This document shows positions 1 to 9,724 of a DNA stretch of 64,000 nt, one piece after another (position 1 is the first letter of the stretch; the number at the start of each line of letters is the position of its first letter). Under the pieces are notes generated by a model. The model was not told where the DNA came from. It worked only from the letters and a program-made list of their open reading frames with translations, and did no database searches. Where the stretch lies: positions 798-64,797 of the IMG/VR virus record IMGVR_UViG_643348564_000003; one strand, written 5' to 3'. A program made the position numbers and the translations under genes. The DNA is from a virus.

Positions 1-89
1 AGCCAGACCTCGGCCCAGCGGGTCTGGCCGTAGCGGACGGCTCTGCGGATGCGCTCGTTGATGATGGGGTCGGGGTCGTACTGGATCAT
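1..89 (-). CDS. Partial hypothetical protein downstream of holin (MIQYDPDPIINERIRRAVRYGQTRWAEVW...)
   Basis: ATG at 89 on minus strand, open to the window edge, co-oriented with lysis genes. Confidence 0.5.
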   Translation of the reverse strand, partial: MIQYDPDPIINERIRRAVRYGQTRWAEVW

Positions 90-174
90 GGCGGTTCCGT
101 GCCAAGGCGCAAGGTAAGCCAGCCAGCAGCGCCCTTTGGAGATCCGCATGGCCGCCTCCGGGCTGCCGGTTGCA

Positions 175-738
175 TCAGCGCTTGACCACGCTCGGCAGGA
201 TGGCACTGATCTGCGCATCCTTCTGCTGGCTGGAGCGCGACGAGCCGAGCCAGAAGGCGATGGCGGTGCCCAGCGCGAGGTTGGCCGCGCCATAGGCTTG
301 GCTCAAGAGCTGGTAGACGCGCTCGGGGATCTCGCCCTGGATGAAGTAGAGCGCGCTGGTCAGCAGCGCCCAGGCGGTGAGGATCGCCAGCGTGACGATC
401 GCCGGCATCGCGGCGGTCCAGTGACTGGCCTGCGCCAGCCCGAGCTGCATCTGGCGAGCGTTGGCGAGGTCTTCCAGCTCGGCCATCTGCAGCTTTGCGG
501 CCGCCTCGATCTCGGCGAGCTTCACTTGGGCGCCGGAGGGATCGGCCTGCAGTGCCTGGCTGATTGCCTGCGGGGTTGCGGGCACGCCAAGGGCCGCGCC
601 GATGGCGGCGGCCGCGCCCTTGCCCACTGCGGCCCCGATGCCGCCGCCGATCGGCCCGCCCAGCGTGGTGCCGAGGAGTGCGCCAAGAGAGGGCAGCCCG
701 ACCTGCGCGAGCTGCCCGGCGAGTTGAAGCCAATCCAT
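175..738 (-). CDS. Holin-like membrane protein (3-TM/GTA-holin type)
   Basis: Gly/Ala-rich N-terminus, C-terminal hydrophobic helices ending AIAFWLGSSRSS; directly after endolysin. Confidence 0.72.
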   Translation of the reverse strand: MDWLQLAGQLAQVGLPSLGALLGTTLGGPIGGGIGAAVGKGAAAAIGAALGVPATPQAISQALQADPSGAQVKLAEIEAAAKLQMAELEDLANARQMQLGLAQASHWTAAMPAIVTLAILTAWALLTSALYFIQGEIPERVYQLLSQAYGAANLALGTAIAFWLGSSRSSQQKDAQISAILPSVVKR

Positions 739-839
739 GGGAGGAGGTCTCCACCCCTCTGCTGTTCCAGAGAGGGGGCGTGCGCGCGGCGGGCCCGGCC
801 GGCTCGGGGGGAACTACCGCAGATTTTGCGGCGGTTCGG

Positions 840-1481
840 TTAGGCGACCTTGCCGCGCCACAGGCGCTTGAGCGCCGCGAGCAGGCCGCCGGTCTGCATC
901 ATGCCCGCCTTCGGCGCACCGCCTTCAGGCCGCGCCATGGTGGTCGCGGTCCCGACGACCGGTGCCGTGACCAGGGCGAGCGCTTCCGTCCGGACGCCGG
1001 CCACCCGCGTGGTCCAGCCCTTCCCGAAGGTGGGCCAGCTCTTCGTCAGCGACTGCAGGAAGGCCAGGCGGCTGTCGCAAAGCGCCTTGACGAGCCAGCG
1101 CTGATCCGTCCGCGCGACCGCCGCCAGGGTCACCGAGCCGATCACGCCGTCGTCCGCCACGCCGACCAGGCGCTGCAGCGCGATGGCCGCCCGGGCCGGC
1201 CCGCTGTTCACCGCAAAGTCGAACACGGCGTAGTCGACGCCGGCCGGCAGCTCGTCGCCGCGCACCGCATCCCAGAAGCGGGTGCGGTAGATCGGAGCGA
1301 CCTTGGCGGGCGTCAGCGCCTTCACCTCTGCCCGGGTGGCGGGCCGCCCGAGCACCGCCGAGAGCGTGCCGATGGTCACCCCGAGGTTGGTGGGCCCGCC
1401 AGGGTCGTCGGGGTGATCGACGTAGCCGCCCTCGTGCGCCAGGACGAGCGTCAGCGCCCGGTCGAAAGTCGACGCGGCCAT
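840..1481 (-). CDS. Endolysin, glycoside hydrolase family 108 with PG-binding domain
   Basis: HEGGYVDHPDDPGGPTNLGVT and VFDFAVNSG motifs; ATG at 1481. Confidence 0.92.
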   Translation of the reverse strand: MAASTFDRALTLVLAHEGGYVDHPDDPGGPTNLGVTIGTLSAVLGRPATRAEVKALTPAKVAPIYRTRFWDAVRGDELPAGVDYAVFDFAVNSGPARAAIALQRLVGVADDGVIGSVTLAAVARTDQRWLVKALCDSRLAFLQSLTKSWPTFGKGWTTRVAGVRTEALALVTAPVVGTATTMARPEGGAPKAGMMQTGGLLAALKRLWRGKVA

Positions 1482-1512
1482 GGGGGATCTCCAATGTGGG
1501 GAATGGATGGGG

Positions 1513-4035
1513 TCAGCCCAGGCGGACTTCGAGCGCGGCGAGGCGGGCCTCCTGGCCGCGGGCAATGAAGAGGGCGAGTTGATCCGGCCGGAAGCCGTAG
1601 CAGTCGCCGGCCGGCCGGGCGGGCGACAGCACGCGGGTCTCGCCGGTCGGCTCACCATCCTCGCCGATGATCGGCTCGGAGACCTCGGGCTCGGCGTCCC
1701 ACTTGTCGTAGCAGATGAAGCCGTAGCGGAAGGGATCGAGGCCGCGGGCCTGCCCCAATTCGATCGCCCGCTGCACCGTCAGGCCGATGTGGTGCCGCGC
1801 CCCGTCCTCGCCCTTCTCGGCAACCGCGGAGAGGAACTGGAAGGCGCCGATTTCCCGGGCCAGATCCTGCGCCCATGCGAGTTCCGCCTCGGTCAGCGGC
1901 GCGACCCCGGTCTTCTTGCGGGCGTCCGAGGTGTTGATTGAGCCCGACGCGGCGTAGACCATGCTCCACTTCGCGGTTGGCTGACCGAGCGCCATCCCGC
2001 CGTCATTGCCGGGAGCGAAGTAGGGGGTATTGAAGGTGAAGAGGTCGCCGCTATCGCTCCGAAACAGTCTCAGCGGACCACCGTACTGGTAAATGGTCCA
2101 CTGTGTAGATCCAGCCGCTCTGTCAGAGAGCACGAAGCCTGAGCCGGTGCCGAGCGACTGCACCAAACCGCTCACGTTGGCGGCGGTGGCGGCGACGGTG
2201 CCGAAGGTGACGTCGGTTCCGGCCCGGACGATCTCCTCCCACGCCGACCAATTGCCGGCATCGCGGGTGCGCTGGTAGGTCTTCCGACCGGCCGATAGCT
2301 GGGTGATGGTCTGCTTGCAGTAGAGCGGGCTGTTCGAGTGGGTTTGGACCTCGATATGATACCAGTCGGCTGTCGGGGCGTTGACCATGCCAGCCCCATC
2401 GTAGAAGCCGGCTTCCGTGAGAGTATTGAGGTCGAACGAGCCGGCTATCGTAAAATTCTTCCCGTGTTTCAGTCCGACCGAGGTTAGAACACCAGACACA
2501 GCTGCGCTGCCGGCTAGGCTCATACCGCCGGCATCGCCGAGATTGAAGATCTCTGCTCCGTTATAGTAGTACCGAAGAGCGCCGCTCGTATGCTTGAGTT
2601 GACTTTTTGCATCGCTCGTGAAGACAACCGGGTTCGACTCTTGTAGATAAATTGCGCCGCCGATGTTAAACTCGCCAGTATCCTTGATGTTAAATAGTTC
2701 AGTTCCGTTGTAGTAGTAGCGAAGAGCCCCGACGTCATGCCGTAACATGGGCCGGTTTTCGGCGTCGAAGGAGATCGACATGCCTTCAGCCATTCTGAAG
2801 GCCGGTGCCTGAGCAATTGAAAAGCCCTGGGACGCATCGAAGCCGGCGCCGTTAAAGGCGATCTGTAAGCCGTAGCCAACCCCGACATAGGATTGGTCGG
2901 GCCAAGCGTAGCCAAGACCGCCATCCTTATTCGAGATGACGCTGCCCCAACCGAAATACGCCTTGGGTCCGGTCGGGTTTTGACGCCCTAAGACCATGTG
3001 GTGATTGATGCGGTTAGCCCCGGTGAAGTGGTCCTCACCGTTAGCAAACATGTCGTGTTCAAACCCGACCATGCTGCCCGTAGCGTCCGGGGGTTGGTTG
3101 GTCTGGTCGTTGGTCTCCACGTACAGACCCCAAATAGGGGAACGCTGCCCTTGCCCGTCACTCAGAGCATCCGCCGGACGTGTTGCAAGTGAAGCAAGGG
3201 CTACGTGCTCTCCCGCTCCGCGGCCTGACGAAGTCAGAATAGTAGAGTTCGCCCAACCGAAGTTATTCAGCCCACCTACGTTAGTGATTGTTTGATTCAC
3301 ACGAAACGCAGGAATGACGTTAGCAAGCGTCCCCCCGGAATGGTTGATGGTCTGGTCAATACGTACAACCGGGCCGTCATTGGGGCGGCTGTTCGCCTTG
3401 GCGAAGTATTTCCCACCTTCGACCATCGTTTCAACGACATCGGTGCCGATACCAATGACCGGCCACCCCTCCGGGGTTGTATTGCCTGACAACCGCCAGA
3501 GAATCGGAGTGGATGGTCCTCCGGCAGGGGTACCGCTCACCTTCCACGTACCCGGGGGGACTTCTACGGTGCCGTTGTTCGGGGTTGCGGCGCGGGCTGC
3601 GCTGAAGGCCGAAAGGTCTTCCTTCGTACCGTCAAGCTGGGCACCGAAGTCCTTGACGTTCGGGATGTCGGCCGCAGGGCGCTGCGCCAATGCGAGCTTG
3701 CCGTCCGAACCGAGTGTCGCGACCCCATTGGCTGCGCCCTTCTCGGTATCCGCGATGCGGGCGGCGATGGCGTCGCCGACGGGATTCCCGGCCCCTGCGA
3801 GGGCTGTGAGGCTGCCGAGGGTGCTCAGGGCGCTCAGCACCTCCGTCGCGGGCTGCCGGCCGGCGATGGTGCTTGAGAGCCCGTTGAGGGCCGCGACCAC
3901 ATCGGTCGTGCCGAGCGCCTCGGCGAGATCAGCATAGGCCCGCAGGAACAAGTTGACCTTCAGGAAGGCCGTGCGCAGGTCGTCGCCGGTGCCGTCATTG
4001 GGCACCCGCCCGATGTTGATCAGTTCGAAGGCCAT
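1513..4035 (-). CDS. Tail fibre/spike with knob-like domain and C-terminal peptidase S74 chaperone
   Basis: N-terminal NIGRVPNDGTGDDLR motif; DLNTLTEAGFY...WSAWEEI knob-like segment; SGSINTSDARKKT...HHIGL S74-type C-terminus. Confidence 0.85.
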   Translation of the reverse strand: MAFELINIGRVPNDGTGDDLRTAFLKVNLFLRAYADLAEALGTTDVVAALNGLSSTIAGRQPATEVLSALSTLGSLTALAGAGNPVGDAIAARIADTEKGAANGVATLGSDGKLALAQRPAADIPNVKDFGAQLDGTKEDLSAFSAARAATPNNGTVEVPPGTWKVSGTPAGGPSTPILWRLSGNTTPEGWPVIGIGTDVVETMVEGGKYFAKANSRPNDGPVVRIDQTINHSGGTLANVIPAFRVNQTITNVGGLNNFGWANSTILTSSGRGAGEHVALASLATRPADALSDGQGQRSPIWGLYVETNDQTNQPPDATGSMVGFEHDMFANGEDHFTGANRINHHMVLGRQNPTGPKAYFGWGSVISNKDGGLGYAWPDQSYVGVGYGLQIAFNGAGFDASQGFSIAQAPAFRMAEGMSISFDAENRPMLRHDVGALRYYYNGTELFNIKDTGEFNIGGAIYLQESNPVVFTSDAKSQLKHTSGALRYYYNGAEIFNLGDAGGMSLAGSAAVSGVLTSVGLKHGKNFTIAGSFDLNTLTEAGFYDGAGMVNAPTADWYHIEVQTHSNSPLYCKQTITQLSAGRKTYQRTRDAGNWSAWEEIVRAGTDVTFGTVAATAANVSGLVQSLGTGSGFVLSDRAAGSTQWTIYQYGGPLRLFRSDSGDLFTFNTPYFAPGNDGGMALGQPTAKWSMVYAASGSINTSDARKKTGVAPLTEAELAWAQDLAREIGAFQFLSAVAEKGEDGARHHIGLTVQRAIELGQARGLDPFRYGFICYDKWDAEPEVSEPIIGEDGEPTGETRVLSPARPAGDCYGFRPDQLALFIARGQEARLAALEVRLG

Positions 4036-4050
4036 GGCGCTCCGCGCTCA

Positions 4051-4077
4051 CGAAAGAGCCGCCCGGGTGGGGCGGCT
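4051..4077 (-). terminator. Intrinsic terminator-like hairpin
   Basis: Minus strand AGCCGCCC-CACCC-GGGCGGCT followed by CTTTCGT. Confidence 0.6.
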
Positions 4078-4138
4078 GCGATGGGGCGAGGGATGAGGGA
4101 CGGGATCGGCAGCCGTCGGGCGGCCGCACCGGGCGGTG

Positions 4139-5536
4139 TCAGCGCATCTTCCAGGACGTCCCGTCGCAGAATACGGGGGTCTTCAAGTTGCCGCCGCCGA
4201 CAGGCACGGCATTGTACGTCACCGCCGTGGCGTCGGTGACGTAGGCCATCGTGCCCTCCGACCCGGACACGCATGGATACAGCGTAGAGACCGTATAGGG
4301 GGCCAACTTGAGGCCGCCCGTCATCACAATGCCCGAGGCCGTGATGACGCCCATTGGGTTGACGTTCCATCCCTGACCGTTGATTTGGAAATTGGCGTAG
4401 GTGCCCGCGAAGGTCAGACCGACACCTTGAGCACCCGTCGAGATCAGGGAGTGGTGGGTGATGTCGCCGAACGGATTGACGTTCCAGCCGGGCCCTTGGA
4501 TCTGAAATCCGGAGAAGCTGCCGCTCAACGCGAGACCGACACCATAAGTCCCGCCTAATCGAATGGCCGTTCCAGCGTGTGTCAGGTCGTAGTAGCCATT
4601 ATCCGAGACGAGCTTGTCGCAGCACAGCGTGATGCCGTTGACGACGTGCGCGGGATCGCTCACGTCGTCGAGGCCCGCGATGGACAGCCCGGACGAGGAG
4701 CGCCGCGGCCCGTTCATGAAAATCTGAAGAGCCGTTGCGACACCGCCGGGTGTTGCCACTCCGTAGTCCGTCCGGTAGTTGACGAGGTCGATTTCCTGCG
4801 AATAGACGTTGATCCGTCTTCCGTCACCCTGCGAAATCTGCGTATCGACCGCGACCCCCCAAGTCGCCCCGGCATTATCTTCGGCATAGGTGAAGACGCC
4901 AAGATTGGTCTTACCGCCGTTAGCTGGGGACTTATTTGGTTCATAGCGCCACGTCACCGTGCCATCCGGGATATCGACGCCCGGCGTGGTGCCGGTCGGG
5001 CCGCCCGAGTTGCCGGACGTACCGCCGTAGGTGCCGTCCTTAACGACATACATATTGCCGCCATGCACGACGGTCGAGCGGTGCTTATAGACCGTGTTTG
5101 GCGTCCAGTTGCCGGGATAACCGTTGGTCACGTTCATATTGAACAGGTTAGCGTACTCGCCCTTATCGCTGTTCTGCGAGGCAGTATAGTAGCGCGCCAA
5201 TCCAGCCCGGGTCAGATCCTGCGCCACAAGGGCCGGCGAGATGTTGCCGGATCCGTCGCGCGACCAGAACGGCCCCAGGATCGGCTCGGCCATGAGCGAG
5301 CCCTGCGTGACCCAGGTCCCGCTGGTGGGCATGCCGCCGGAGATGAGGTCGAGCGGTGCATCGCCGCCCGTGACCGCCAGGCGCCCGCCCGAGATAGCGC
5401 CCGGGGCCGTCACGGTGATCGCCTCCAGGCTCTTGCCGGCGAGCGGCGGGCGCTTGGCGAGGGCGGCGGCGTCGAGGGCGCGCGCCGGCGCGGCGCTCGC
5501 GAGGACGAGCGCGAGAATCGCGAGGAAGAGGCGCAT
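4139..5536 (-). CDS. Signal-peptide-bearing, tail-fibre-like protein
   Basis: ATG at 5536 overlaps upstream stop (TGATG); MRLFLAILALVLASAAPARA signal peptide; CBM-like WTPNTVY...TWRYE segment. Confidence 0.75.
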   Translation of the reverse strand: MRLFLAILALVLASAAPARALDAAALAKRPPLAGKSLEAITVTAPGAISGGRLAVTGGDAPLDLISGGMPTSGTWVTQGSLMAEPILGPFWSRDGSGNISPALVAQDLTRAGLARYYTASQNSDKGEYANLFNMNVTNGYPGNWTPNTVYKHRSTVVHGGNMYVVKDGTYGGTSGNSGGPTGTTPGVDIPDGTVTWRYEPNKSPANGGKTNLGVFTYAEDNAGATWGVAVDTQISQGDGRRINVYSQEIDLVNYRTDYGVATPGGVATALQIFMNGPRRSSSGLSIAGLDDVSDPAHVVNGITLCCDKLVSDNGYYDLTHAGTAIRLGGTYGVGLALSGSFSGFQIQGPGWNVNPFGDITHHSLISTGAQGVGLTFAGTYANFQINGQGWNVNPMGVITASGIVMTGGLKLAPYTVSTLYPCVSGSEGTMAYVTDATAVTYNAVPVGGGNLKTPVFCDGTSWKMR

Positions 5537-5889
5537 CAGGTGTTGGTCCCCGTCACGAAGAGGGTGTAGCCGCCCGACGCGTCGCCCTGGCGGTACACCT
5601 TGTTGGTCCCGAGCCCGTCCGGCGCGGTCGGGCGGCTCAACAGCCACGCAACAAACAGCGCCTCGAAGGCGGCGTTGAAGGCGGCCTGCTCTTTGCTGAG
5701 CGCTTGGTCGGCCGAAGCGGTGGCCGCCGCAGCGGCGGCGACCGCCGCCCCGATGGCGCTCTGGACGTCCGAGAGGGCGGCCACGAGCGCTGCCATGTTG
5801 CGGTTGACCTTGGCGAAGGACACCCGCGGGGTGTCGCCCTGCCCGTCGTTGGGCACCCGCCCGATGTTGACGTGCTCGATCTCGACCAT
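5536..5889 (-). CDS. Short protein with tail-fibre attachment-type N-terminus
   Basis: MVEIEHVNIGRVPNDGQGDTPR shares its motif with the 840-aa fibre; Ala-rich helical middle. Confidence 0.7.
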   Translation of the reverse strand: MVEIEHVNIGRVPNDGQGDTPRVSFAKVNRNMAALVAALSDVQSAIGAAVAAAAAATASADQALSKEQAAFNAAFEALFVAWLLSRPTAPDGLGTNKVYRQGDASGGYTLFVTGTNT

Positions 5890-5902
5890 CGGCGGCCTCT
5901 CC

Positions 5903-6412
5903 TCAGGCCGCGAAGGCGGCGTCGATCTGGGCCAGAGTCGTGACGGTCGGTGGCTCGGCGCGGATCCCGGCCACGAGGGCGGCCTCCGTGGCAAAGCAGC
6001 TCTGGACATGGGCGCCGACCGCCAGGGCGATGGCGGTGACCTGCGCCGCCGTCAGCATCACGAAGCCGCCAAGCCCCTTGAACGCGACGCTCGGCGCGCC
6101 GGAGGACTGGAGGTAGGCGACCGCAGCCGTGAGCATGGCCTGGGAGGTGCGGTCGCTCGCGACCGCGACGCCGTCGACCGTGATCCCTCGGGTCTCGGCA
6201 ATGTAGCGCTGGGCAGCGGCGTGCTGGAGGAGGTCCGTGACCGTGGGCGGCGGCGCGACAGGCGGGGCAAACTCCGCCCCATCGTAGCGCCAGCTGATCC
6301 CGACCTCCGCCGGAGCCGGCACGCAGAGCTCGATAAGGGCCTCCGGGTAGCGGCCCGGCGTCGGGTCAAGCAACTCGACCACGACGCCATTGACAAGGCG
6401 GGCAACGGCCAC
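5903..6412 (-). CDS. Tail fibre assembly-like protein (DUF4376-like)
   Basis: RYIAETRGITVDG...SDRTSQAML...AVGAHVQSCFATEAAL pattern; follows a fibre gene. Confidence 0.72.
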   Translation of the reverse strand: MAVARLVNGVVVELLDPTPGRYPEALIELCVPAPAEVGISWRYDGAEFAPPVAPPPTVTDLLQHAAAQRYIAETRGITVDGVAVASDRTSQAMLTAAVAYLQSSGAPSVAFKGLGGFVMLTAAQVTAIALAVGAHVQSCFATEAALVAGIRAEPPTVTTLAQIDAAFAA

Positions 6413-6424
6413 GGGCGCGTCTCC

Positions 6425-7567
6425 TCAGAATGTGAGCTTGATCAGGCCGTCGGCGCCGCGGCCCCCGACGGCGTTCGAGGACGCCCCGGAGCCGCCACAC
6501 CCCGGCGCGCTGGCATCGGCGCCGGGATAGGGGCCATAGCCGCCTGCCGGGGCGGTGCCCAGGTAGCTGGAGCCACCGGCACCGCCGAACAGCGCGCCTG
6601 CGAGGCTGTAGGGGAAGCTGCCGAACAGGCCCGGCACGTTGAACCCGTCAGAGCCGATGCCGTTGCCGCCGAAGGCGACAGTGTTGCCGAAGCCGGAGGC
6701 GCGGCCCTCGCCGCCTGCGCCACCCGTCGCCGCGGCGAGCGTCCCGACCGAGGTGGTGCCGCCCGCCCCGCCGTTGCCGCCCCCCTGCGCCCCCGGGGCG
6801 CCCCCCGTGCCCACGGTGAGCGCGATGGTGGTGCCGGGCACGACCTTGATCGCCGTCAGCTCCTTGTAGCCGCCGCCGCCGCCGCCCGTGCCCGCGGACG
6901 ACCAGTTGCCGTTGCCGTCCGCCGCGCCCCCGGCGCCGCCGCCGCCGCCGCCTGCCCCCCAGATCTGCAGCGTCTTGATTTCGAATACGCCGGCCGGGAC
7001 GACCCAGTTCTGGCTCGTGCGCACAATGAGCGTGCCCGACGCCGCGAAGCGCGCCGGGTTGAAGTTCACAAGCCCCAGCCTGCCGTCCGCACGCACCGCG
7101 ACCAGGAAGGCCCCCGCGAGCACGTCGTTGTCCTTGAGGTCCGAGCCATCGGCCCGGCAGACGCTGCGCGTGATGTCCGGCTCGAACCCGGTGAACGTCA
7201 CGGTGGTCGCGCCAACGTTCGGGGTGGGGAAGATCAGTTCGATCAGCATCCCCTCTTCGAGGGCCTCGACGGCCGGGTAGAGGCTCGCGACGGCAAACGC
7301 GCCGCCGGACCCTGTCGCGGTGCCGATGTGCAGGAGCGCCTTTGGCGGCGCCGCGCCGCCGATCAGCGCCTTGACGGCCTTGAGCACCTGCTGAAGGTCA
7401 GACCCGCTGGGGATGAGCCCGGCGCCCTCGATCAGCGCCTTCAGCTCCCGCATCGGATGCTCGATGGCCTTCGGCGGCACCTTCGAGCCCTGGGTGCCGG
7501 CAGCCGTGTTCTTGCTTACATAAGGCGCGTTCGGGTCGAGCGACCCGGTCGGGGGCACGTAGTCCAT
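6425..7567 (-). CDS. Tail fibre protein with glycine-rich C-terminal domain
   Basis: N-terminal baseplate-anchor region; WGAGGGGGG Gly-rich domain; position after gp48-like gene. Confidence 0.8.
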   Translation of the reverse strand: MDYVPPTGSLDPNAPYVSKNTAAGTQGSKVPPKAIEHPMRELKALIEGAGLIPSGSDLQQVLKAVKALIGGAAPPKALLHIGTATGSGGAFAVASLYPAVEALEEGMLIELIFPTPNVGATTVTFTGFEPDITRSVCRADGSDLKDNDVLAGAFLVAVRADGRLGLVNFNPARFAASGTLIVRTSQNWVVPAGVFEIKTLQIWGAGGGGGGAGGAADGNGNWSSAGTGGGGGGYKELTAIKVVPGTTIALTVGTGGAPGAQGGGNGGAGGTTSVGTLAAATGGAGGEGRASGFGNTVAFGGNGIGSDGFNVPGLFGSFPYSLAGALFGGAGGSSYLGTAPAGGYGPYPGADASAPGCGGSGASSNAVGGRGADGLIKLTF

Positions 7568-7643
7568 GGGGGCTCCGGCAGGCAGGCGCGCGCACCCGGC
7601 CGCGGAGGGGCGGCCGATCAGCGGCGCAGGCGAATGAGGATGG

Positions 7644-8606
7644 TCAGGCGGCGAGGCTGTAGGCGAAGATCAGCCTTGTGTGCTGGGGCGCGTAGCGGTG
7701 GAGCAGGCACTCCAGATCCTGCGCGGTGGTGAACCCTTCGAGGGGGTCCGTGTCGCACTCGCCCTCGTCCGGGTAGAACCACGTTTCGCCGTAGCCGCGC
7801 ACGTGCACGACCCAGTATTTCCACTGGGTCTCGTCGGAGACTTGGTCGGTGTCCTCGATGTCGGGCTTGAGGATGTAGCCTTCGAGCGGGGTGCTGTCGC
7901 ACTCGCCCTCATCACAGGTGAACCACGTCTCTTCGAGCGAGTCGTTCGAGCACTCCGACACGTCGCACAGGAACTGAGTCGGCTCCTCGATGGTGATGTC
8001 GTAGCCGATCGAGGCGGCGAGACAGATGAAATAGGCGGGCGACGCGCCGCCCTGCGCGGCGAAGCGGGCGCGGACCGCCGCAACCCGCGCCTCCCGTCCC
8101 GTCGGGCCGGTGCCGCAGGGGTCCGGCAGCCCGAGCTCGGCCTCCCAATCAGGCAGAGCCCAGGAGACGGCGGACGGCAGGGCCTGGGTCGCGAGGTCGA
8201 ACTCGACCCGGTTGACCTCCGCGACCCAGGCCGCGAGCGCGCTCCAGACCTGGCGCATGACGGGCGAGGCGCCCCGCCCGTCGCCGGCCTCGTCCGTGCC
8301 CCAGGCGGGACCCCGCGGCGTGAGCGCGAGGAGCTGCGGCAGGATTCGCTCGGCTGTCGGCTCGGCCTGGATGTCGTAGACGGAGGGCGGCTCCGCCCCG
8401 AGGTGGGCGCAGGGCCAGCCGGGCGGCAGCTGGCCGGGATAGTCCAGGTCGACCGTGTAGCCCTCGCCGTCAACCGTCGGCAGCAGCCGGTCGGCGGTGG
8501 GCAGGGGGCGCGGCGGATCGATGAAGCCGAGCGCGGTCGCATCGGCGGTGAGGCCGGTGGCGTCGGCCGTAGGGCTGAGCCGGTCGACGGACAGGCGGCG
8601 CAGCAT
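7644..8606 (-). CDS. Mu gp48/YmfQ-like baseplate protein
   Basis: LLALTPRGPAW, LPDWEAELGLPD and LECLLHRYAPQHT motifs; follows baseplate J. Confidence 0.82.
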   Translation of the reverse strand: MLRRLSVDRLSPTADATGLTADATALGFIDPPRPLPTADRLLPTVDGEGYTVDLDYPGQLPPGWPCAHLGAEPPSVYDIQAEPTAERILPQLLALTPRGPAWGTDEAGDGRGASPVMRQVWSALAAWVAEVNRVEFDLATQALPSAVSWALPDWEAELGLPDPCGTGPTGREARVAAVRARFAAQGGASPAYFICLAASIGYDITIEEPTQFLCDVSECSNDSLEETWFTCDEGECDSTPLEGYILKPDIEDTDQVSDETQWKYWVVHVRGYGETWFYPDEGECDTDPLEGFTTAQDLECLLHRYAPQHTRLIFAYSLAA

Positions 8607-8611
8607 CGGCC

Positions 8612-9724
8612 CTAATCCGTGTAGGAGATGAGCCCCGGCACCGGGAGCTGACCCGGCCCGAAGACGAGGTCGTCGGCGGGCGTGACGAGGCGGTGGCGGT
8701 CTTCGCCCGTCGCGCGCGAGATGGCCTCGGTGAGCCAGGAGCGCGAGAGGGCGAAGGCGCCCTTGGTCGGCTTGCCCGGCTCGGCGCGATCGACGAACAC
8801 GGCCTCGACCTCGGCGGCGATCGCGTCGCGGATGTCGGGTGTGTCGGGGGAGAGGCCCGCGATCAGGAGGTTGATGTGGTGCGCGATGGGGGCTGACACG
8901 AACACCCGGGCGGTCACGGGACGGCGCACGCCGTCGTCGATGTGGGCCTGAACCGTCGCAACCTGGGCCGCGGTCGGGATGCCGTTCGGCTGGTCGGCGA
9001 CGGTGAACATCACCCAAACCGAGCGCGCGTCGTTCGAGAAGCTGTCGACCCAGACCGCGCGCACGACGCCCGGTAGCGCCTCCGTCACCCAGGCGATGTA
9101 GTCGCCCTCCGCCCCGCCATGGGGCGGGTTGCGCTTGCGGGCGAGCACCCGGGCGCGCAGGGACTCCAGGTCCTCGGCGTCGATCCCGCCCGAGAGGCCC
9201 GACCCGTCCTCAGCCGCGACGACGGTGGCAACGGTGCCCAGCGCCTCGGGCGCGTCGCTGTCGGGCGAGAGCGTCAGTTCGGTCCCGGCTGCGACGTTCC
9301 CGACCTCGCCCACGAGGTCGGCTTCGACGTAGAGGGTGACCGAGTTGCCGGCCGCGATGGCCTGCGCCAGCGTCGTATAGGTGAGCCCGTCCTCGCGGAC
9401 CCACGTGAGACCCGCGGGCACGACGAGGCCGGGCGTCGCCGCGACTGTGACCCGTCCGAAGGCGGTCTGACCCGCGCCCTGCGCCAGCCCCAGCTCGAAG
9501 GCGTGGCGGACGAGCCAGATCTCGTCCGCCGTCGAGGCGAACATCTGCTTGAACAGCCACGCGCGGCGCTGCTCGTGCTCGAAGTCGAGGAGGGCGAGGA
9601 CCTTGGCAAACACCGTGAAGGTGTTGGCCCAGACGAGCGCGACCGCCCCCTCGACGGCTTGCGTAAAATACTTGCGCGCCTGTGACCCAAGTTCGGCGAG
9701 CGAGCGGATGTTATAGCCCGCCAT
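8612..9724 (-). CDS. Baseplate J-like wedge protein (Mu gp47)
   Basis: GGIDAEDLESLRARVLARKRNPPHGGAEGDYIAW motif. Confidence 0.92.
   Translation of the reverse strand: MAGYNIRSLAELGSQARKYFTQAVEGAVALVWANTFTVFAKVLALLDFEHEQRRAWLFKQMFASTADEIWLVRHAFELGLAQGAGQTAFGRVTVAATPGLVVPAGLTWVREDGLTYTTLAQAIAAGNSVTLYVEADLVGEVGNVAAGTELTLSPDSDAPEALGTVATVVAAEDGSGLSGGIDAEDLESLRARVLARKRNPPHGGAEGDYIAWVTEALPGVVRAVWVDSFSNDARSVWVMFTVADQPNGIPTAAQVATVQAHIDDGVRRPVTARVFVSAPIAHHINLLIAGLSPDTPDIRDAIAAEVEAVFVDRAEPGKPTKGAFALSRSWLTEAISRATGEDRHRLVTPADDLVFGPGQLPVPGLISYTD

Noticed and set aside
1513-7567. Diversity-generating retroelement or invertible fibre cassette
   Set aside because: No reverse transcriptase, template/variable repeat pair, invertase or flanking inverted repeats were seen.
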